Assembly: GCA_964605345.1 (NCBI GenBank)
Contig: CAZSCD010000012.1
Coordinates: 1 to 42,724, forward strand
Direction of reading: 5' to 3'
Origin: an uncultured Dehalococcoidia bacterium
Lineage (GTDB): Bacteria; Chloroflexota; Dehalococcoidia; Lucifugimonadales; CAZSCD01
DNA: 42,724 nt
Below the pieces are notes generated by a model that was given only the letters and a program-made list of their open reading frames with translations, was not told where the DNA came from and did not search any database. The position numbers were made by a program, and so were the translations under genes. This document shows positions 37,747-42,724 of the stretch, one piece after another (position 1 is the first letter of the stretch; every line of letters begins with the position of its first letter).

Positions 37747-38967
37747 TCATTCTGAAGAAGATAGAATATTGGGATACCCATCTAAGGTAGTAGCAACCAA
37801 CGGCGGTACATTTTTTTGAAGACATTCATCTAATTGAGCACGATTCTCGGATGCCCAATTCATCATATTAATAATGTTTTCGTTACTAATATCTTCAAAT
37901 ATTGTTTCAGTAATCGGATAATTCAGCAGTTCTATAAGTCCTTCATTTTTATCCGTCGAAGACCTAAATGTTATTAAAGGTACACCAGCCAAAACAGTGA
38001 AAATGCAAGGATGATATCGCCCACTAAGCACCATTGACGCCAATTTCAACACACCTACCATCATCTCAGGATAAGCTTCCATACCAATTACCGTCACATC
38101 GGTTTTTGACTTTAACTTCTTAGCAACATCAGGATCTGGATAAGGCGCAGCAAACACCACAACTTTTTTTTGTGCGTAGTGAACTTTTATCCTTTCAATC
38201 AAATCAATTATCTTTTCAATGTCCGCACGTGCAACTGTTTCTCCTAGAAACAACCCAATGTAACCTTCCTTAACTCCTCTCTGAGCTAAAAAAGCAGTTG
38301 CCTTATCCTTAGATACGGATCCTGTAAGAAAGGCTGAATCAGGTATCAACTTTGTCTGCATAAGGCCTAATGCCTGTAAACGCCGCAATGAATTTGGCTC
38401 TCTAACAGATATGAAATTGCAATTCTGATACGCTCGCGTAACCCAATCTCCAAAATCATCACCGTGATAATAGACGCTTTGATTTAAAACCATAACGGGT
38501 TTTTTAAATAATTTAGTTGCGGCATACATTTCCATCAACAACATATATGGCTCAGGCATAAAATTTTTATCTTCCCATTCGTGCATAGTGCCTTCACCAT
38601 TTAAAATAATGACGTCAGCATCCTCAAATCTATCCAAATCACGCGAAAAGCGCCTATCCTGAAGATACGTATCCCAATCCCCATTTGATTCAGGCAATTG
38701 AATATCGTTAACATGAAACTTACCTCTGAAAAATCGTTTCACAATAACTGGATTTACGTAACTACGTTCGATTTGACTAACTAATCCATTACAAGTGGCT
38801 ACACATCCCCAATTGATACAACGTCCTGTGTGATTCAGAATTAAAACTTTAGGTCTAGAAGGTGATGCGAATTTAAATTTGAACGCGTTAGTAACTCTCT
38901 CACCTTCATTACGTACACGACCAGCCAAAACTCTAGGATGTAACAAAAATGGCATAATGGACATCAA
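37747..38967 (-). CDS. polysaccharide pyruvyl transferase family protein
   Basis: 406 aa. NHTGRCINWGC near the N-terminus and LSGRYHPCIFTVLAGVPLITF near the C-terminus, typical of the CsaB/WcaK-type family. Confidence 0.7.
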   Translation of the reverse strand: MMSIMPFLLHPRVLAGRVRNEGERVTNAFKFKFASPSRPKVLILNHTGRCINWGCVATCNGLVSQIERSYVNPVIVKRFFRGKFHVNDIQLPESNGDWDTYLQDRRFSRDLDRFEDADVIILNGEGTMHEWEDKNFMPEPYMLLMEMYAATKLFKKPVMVLNQSVYYHGDDFGDWVTRAYQNCNFISVREPNSLRRLQALGLMQTKLIPDSAFLTGSVSKDKATAFLAQRGVKEGYIGLFLGETVARADIEKIIDLIERIKVHYAQKKVVVFAAPYPDPDVAKKLKSKTDVTVIGMEAYPEMMVGVLKLASMVLSGRYHPCIFTVLAGVPLITFRSSTDKNEGLIELLNYPITETIFEDISNENIINMMNWASENRAQLDECLQKNVPPLVATTLDGYPNILSSSE

Positions 38968-39058
38968 AAAACATTCTCCTCAAAACAATACATTACGAAT
39001 ACTTGTTCAAATTCAGACTTTTACCAAGCACATAGACTGAACTTAAATTTGCGATAAT

Positions 39059-40177
39059 TTAATTTCTAGCGAGAACACTAACAGCATCAGGAGTATTACC
39101 TGTTGATAAATCAATTGCCCAAGTATATTGTTTGGGATCCAACTGAACTTTGTCTGCAGTAGTTTGCACCAATTGAATTACCTCAAATCCACTCTCACTC
39201 AACACATACCCCAACCCTTGAGAAGTAAAAGCTGAAACATGACCATCAACCAAAACATCTAACCATCCGTACGATTTTTTCGTGGACCAAAAATCGTAGT
39301 CGATTTTCTCTTCGAACATGGTAACTGGATTGAAAATCGCATATATACTCTTACGTCTAACTTGATGGTACTTTACAAGCTGTAATTCCAAATCAGGCAC
39401 TTGTAAAAACAACAACCCAGAAGGCTTAAGAAGTCTACGGAGAATCTTAAGGTATTTAATCGGTGAAGCTATATGTTCAAGAACGTGATGGGAATATATG
39501 ACATCTAAGCTTTCTTTTTCTAAAGATGCCACGTCAGAAATCACAGAAATATTATCGATAGACTTTAAGCGTTCTTGATAATTTGGTGAAGCCTCGTATA
39601 CGGAAACTTTATGACCTTTAGAAGCCACATGTTCTGCTGCAAATCCATCCGCTGCACCAATCTCTAAAACCTGACTGTTATTGTCGAGAAATCCGCATAA
39701 GTATTCTGCGTGTACTTGTTTGGTTTTACTTCTAAGTGGATGAACAGTATGTATTCTTTGAAAATATTTGGAATAATACACATCCAAATGTGCCTGAGAC
39801 ATCTCTACAGCAAGACTTCCATTCTTGCACTTGTTACAAAAATTCCACGGGACACTAAGTTTGAACCCAAGAGTCCTGTCCAAAATAGATCTAGACGGTG
39901 AAAAATGTTCTAAATCTACCGAGTCATAATCAAAATATAAAAATGAGTGCCCTTCTATTCCATCAGGATAACCAACAGGGATTTTAATAAGAGGATAGAA
40001 ATCATTACTGTTACATATTGGACAATTCAATATACGATGTTTATGTAAATTTTTGGGAGCAATCATTGAAAGACTCGCAACATTATTAACGAGTCTATAG
40101 TTTTTCAAATACTCACCTAAGATATTCGCTCTACTAAAGGAACTCCTAATTTTGTTGAGTATGTTCATATAGATCAA
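39059..40177 (-). CDS. class I SAM-dependent methyltransferase with N-terminal split zinc-ribbon (CPIC...CNKC)
   Basis: 372 aa. VLEIGAADG, DVIYSHHVLEHI and LKPSGLLFLQVP motifs. Confidence 0.75.
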   Translation of the reverse strand: MIYMNILNKIRSSFSRANILGEYLKNYRLVNNVASLSMIAPKNLHKHRILNCPICNSNDFYPLIKIPVGYPDGIEGHSFLYFDYDSVDLEHFSPSRSILDRTLGFKLSVPWNFCNKCKNGSLAVEMSQAHLDVYYSKYFQRIHTVHPLRSKTKQVHAEYLCGFLDNNSQVLEIGAADGFAAEHVASKGHKVSVYEASPNYQERLKSIDNISVISDVASLEKESLDVIYSHHVLEHIASPIKYLKILRRLLKPSGLLFLQVPDLELQLVKYHQVRRKSIYAIFNPVTMFEEKIDYDFWSTKKSYGWLDVLVDGHVSAFTSQGLGYVLSESGFEVIQLVQTTADKVQLDPKQYTWAIDLSTGNTPDAVSVLARN

Positions 40178-40349
40178 ATCCTTCCAGATAATCCGTTTTT
40201 GTTCAGCAATATTGCCATTAATATTTACCTTTACAACAAATCTTTTTGCACATAGATTTCAAAATGAACCCAAGGTATTAGTAGCACAAAATTAAATCGC
40301 AACGCATTACTCAAAATCTGGTTAGACTTTATAAACAATGAGGCCCAGA

Positions 40350-41153
40350 TTAACTACTTGTTGTGTACTTTGATGTAATCTCTTCGATAAACGAGCTATT
40401 ATCAGTACCACACAAAGCAATCGTTGATTGTTGTTTAGATCCAGGGATTGTTTCACTATCCACAAAAGATACTTGTGAGAAAAGTGATAGAGCTGAATGA
40501 TAATGAACTCTAAAAGCGTCGTGTAATATAACAACACCACCAGGCGAAAGCACTTCTCTAGCCACTTCTAAACATCTCTTTCTAAATCTTCCATCTACGA
40601 CCAAAACATCAAACTTCCTATCCAATTCCTTCGGAAGATTCAAGTAATTCTCGATGTCGTCTGTCCAGCCATACGTGTCGAAACTAACCGTACCGTTATT
40701 TATGTATCCATCATGTTCCCAAAATGCAGGAAATCCAAAACAATACAAATTAACGTAATCAGCTAAATTTGCTCTATCTATTTTCTTCAACACGAATTCG
40801 TACCAAATTGAAGAATTGTCTACCGCACACCATTCAAAATCCAATCCGATGTGTCTAAGAAACTTAGAATAATAGATAGTACTAGACCCAGAACCCCATT
40901 CGAAAACATTCAGTTTACGCCCTTTGAAATTCATAAATACCGACTCAATTATCTTTATGTCGGTAGGAGACATGGAAGGAAATCCACGCATTCTCCAAGA
41001 CCATCCACCATAAGTCATTAACGGATGCTTAACAAAATTAGGCAACATCCGTTTTATCATTCCTGGAATGAAGTCACTAAAATTAAATCTAGAACTAATC
41101 AAACAAATATACCCTACAACTTCCTTAACAATGCATCGCGGAAATCGCTCCAT
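40350..41153 (-). CDS. putative SAM-dependent methyltransferase-fold protein
   Basis: 267 aa. VFEWGSGSSTIYY and FDVLVVDGRFRKRC...GGVVILHD motifs. The start overlaps the upstream gene by 29 nt. An alternative start is ATG at 41060. Confidence 0.5.
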   Translation of the reverse strand: MERFPRCIVKEVVGYICLISSRFNFSDFIPGMIKRMLPNFVKHPLMTYGGWSWRMRGFPSMSPTDIKIIESVFMNFKGRKLNVFEWGSGSSTIYYSKFLRHIGLDFEWCAVDNSSIWYEFVLKKIDRANLADYVNLYCFGFPAFWEHDGYINNGTVSFDTYGWTDDIENYLNLPKELDRKFDVLVVDGRFRKRCLEVAREVLSPGGVVILHDAFRVHYHSALSLFSQVSFVDSETIPGSKQQSTIALCGTDNSSFIEEITSKYTTSS

Positions 41154-42003
41154 TGGGGAATTCCTTAAATACTACAGGACGTCCAAATCTAGAAGGCATT
41201 CCACTTACTCTCATTCTCATTTCAGATTGATCCAAGCCGGCAATAACATCTTTTGTCAATTCAAACCTATGAACAGCCTTACTCTTAATATTAGTCGACC
41301 ATGACAAAGAGTTTTCCGAACGATCCCACAGTGTTAATGTAACATCCGCTTGACTTGGAGTCCTGTTGATCATTATGACGCTAAATTTACTATAGTCAGC
41401 CATGTCAACTGGTATTTCAGGAGCCCATTCATGATTCCCAGGCGCAGTGTACCAATATCTAGGATTTTTATTAGCATATTGATAAATATGAGCCTTGTCT
41501 ACGCCGTGCATGAAAGATACATGTCCTTTAGCATTGGTATAACATATATAAAACCTGTCCCAAAAATAGAATGATTTATAATCACTAATGTGTCTCAATA
41601 CTTCTTTGGGAATCTCAATATTCACTTCCAAAGTACCAAACTTGTTAATTGATTGAACTTGTAATTCACGCAAGAGGTTTGAGATCCTGAATTTAACACC
41701 TCCGTAACGTGCTAAAGAAAATGACTTAGTGCCTAATAATTCGCCATCTTTATCATATATAGAAATTAATCCTTGAGTTTGTGAATTTAGAGAGGGATAA
41801 AATGCACTAAAATAGTTCTGCAACAACATTACTGTATCTAGTTCATCGTCACACACCCAATAATACAAATCTTGAACCGTGCCAAATTTTTTCAGTGTCG
41901 GATTAGCCCAGTGCACATGATTAAAATATGTATTACGCACCAATAATTTAACATTATTTGGAATCCGTTTATATATCTGTTTCATAATCATTTTACAAAC
42001 CAC
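41125..42003 (-). CDS. hypothetical protein, two copies of an unrecognised ~100-aa module
   Basis: 292-aa ORF in the operon, 1 nt after the upstream stop. There is an internal repeat; see findings. No family recognised. Confidence 0.6.
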   Translation of the reverse strand: MVCKMIMKQIYKRIPNNVKLLVRNTYFNHVHWANPTLKKFGTVQDLYYWVCDDELDTVMLLQNYFSAFYPSLNSQTQGLISIYDKDGELLGTKSFSLARYGGVKFRISNLLRELQVQSINKFGTLEVNIEIPKEVLRHISDYKSFYFWDRFYICYTNAKGHVSFMHGVDKAHIYQYANKNPRYWYTAPGNHEWAPEIPVDMADYSKFSVIMINRTPSQADVTLTLWDRSENSLSWSTNIKSKAVHRFELTKDVIAGLDQSEMRMRVSGMPSRFGRPVVFKEFPNGAISAMHC

Positions 42004-42004
42004 A

Positions 42005-42685
42005 TCACCTAGTTAAAATCAATTTCCAGTGAGCAATGGCTGCCTTCTTGACTCCAGATCTTTCGTAACGATCGCTCGGAAACAAATACGTTTGAGGTGG
42101 ATGTGTATGTTCCACCGATACTCCACCCAAAGAAGGGGCAAGATTAACCACAACAGACATTATGGATGCATCATCACTATATCCAACAAAATTAAAGGCG
42201 GAAAATCCATCTTCGGAATCTTGCATTTCGTTAATTACATTATCAGGGATTCTATTAGACACATCCAAAACTGTTATTCCAAAAGGACCTACTGACACAC
42301 GGTCTGATATAACATTTTTACCATCCAGAGTATATATTCCAAAATGATAATTAGTTATCTGTTTGTATGAAGGGTTTAATGAGTAATTTATAAGAACTAT
42401 ATGGGTGTTAACAGCCTCAGATAAAACAATTTGGGAAGTAAAAGTAAGATTATTGGAACTTGGTCGAGTATTTAATCCTGGTGGGGATTCATAAATAACG
42501 CTACCATTAGCGCCTCCAGGCAATGAATATTCGATTACCGTACGAAAAAGGCTGTAATCAGGCAAGTCATTAACCTCAATTTGATCCGATAAATCGGACA
42601 TTTGCCTAAACAGTTTAGATGGAACACGATGTATTACAGCCAAATGATTTAAATCTGGAATCAATTCTCTGGTTATACGTGACAC
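42005..42685 (-). CDS. hypothetical protein, one copy of the same module; possibly 5'-truncated by the window
   Basis: 226 aa from GTG 42685. The frame remains stop-free to base 42724, so the real start may lie outside the window. Confidence 0.55.
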   Translation of the reverse strand: MSRITRELIPDLNHLAVIHRVPSKLFRQMSDLSDQIEVNDLPDYSLFRTVIEYSLPGGANGSVIYESPPGLNTRPSSNNLTFTSQIVLSEAVNTHIVLINYSLNPSYKQITNYHFGIYTLDGKNVISDRVSVGPFGITVLDVSNRIPDNVINEMQDSEDGFSAFNFVGYSDDASIMSVVVNLAPSLGGVSVEHTHPPQTYLFPSDRYERSGVKKAAIAHWKLILTR

Positions 42686-42724
42686 ATCAAAGAATCTCCG
42701 ACTGTTAATTGGGATTTCCCCAAT

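Noticed and set aside
40322-40540. A 72-aa minus-strand ORF overlapping the 3' end of the 40350-41153 gene. Other nested same-strand ORFs occur at 10991-11182, 14088-14291, 30550-30738 and 34237-34428.
   Set aside because: These are alternative-frame ORFs inside or overlapping longer genes with recognisable motifs. There is no independent support for them.

Overview
AT-rich bacterial window. It is bacterial because it carries a type-A RNase P RNA and bacterial-type kds, pse and rfb genes. The taxon cannot be assigned from sequence alone.

Layout:
- 1-2348 (minus strand): housekeeping genes, cysS (5' part, runs off the window) and pyruvate kinase.
- 2602-5107 (plus strand): a COG1579 coiled-coil/zinc-ribbon gene. 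It is tightly coupled to a large-serine-recombinase homologue whose catalytic arginines look substituted. rnpB with its own promoter follows directly.
- 5129-6103 (plus strand): a UDP-glucuronate 4-epimerase-like gene.
- 6193 to the window end: about 36.5 kb with every gene on the minus strand, forming one surface-glycan (O-antigen, capsule or S-layer-glycan type) biosynthesis island.

Island content:
- One Wzx flippase and two Wzy_C-type membrane proteins.
- An initiating phosphoglycosyl transferase and six recognisable glycosyltransferases.
- A pyruvyl transferase and eight predicted methyltransferases, two of them sugar C-methyltransferases.
- A complete CMP-Kdo pathway (kpsF, kdsA, kdsC, kdsB).
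- pseB/pseC, a plant-type GDP-mannose 3,5-epimerase homologue and a dTDP-glucose-4,6-dehydratase cassette.
- Several large proteins I cannot place in a family.

Most notable observations:
- A single in-frame TAG splits a 650-codon GT-B-like gene.
- kdsB only recovers its conserved N-terminus if it starts at ATT behind a perfect AGGAGG.
- The recombinase homologue next to rnpB looks catalytically dead.
- A Wzy-like protein carries a repeat-bearing hydrophilic insert.
- Two adjacent ORFs are built from a thrice-repeated module of unknown family.

All homology statements come from by-eye motif recognition. No searches were run.
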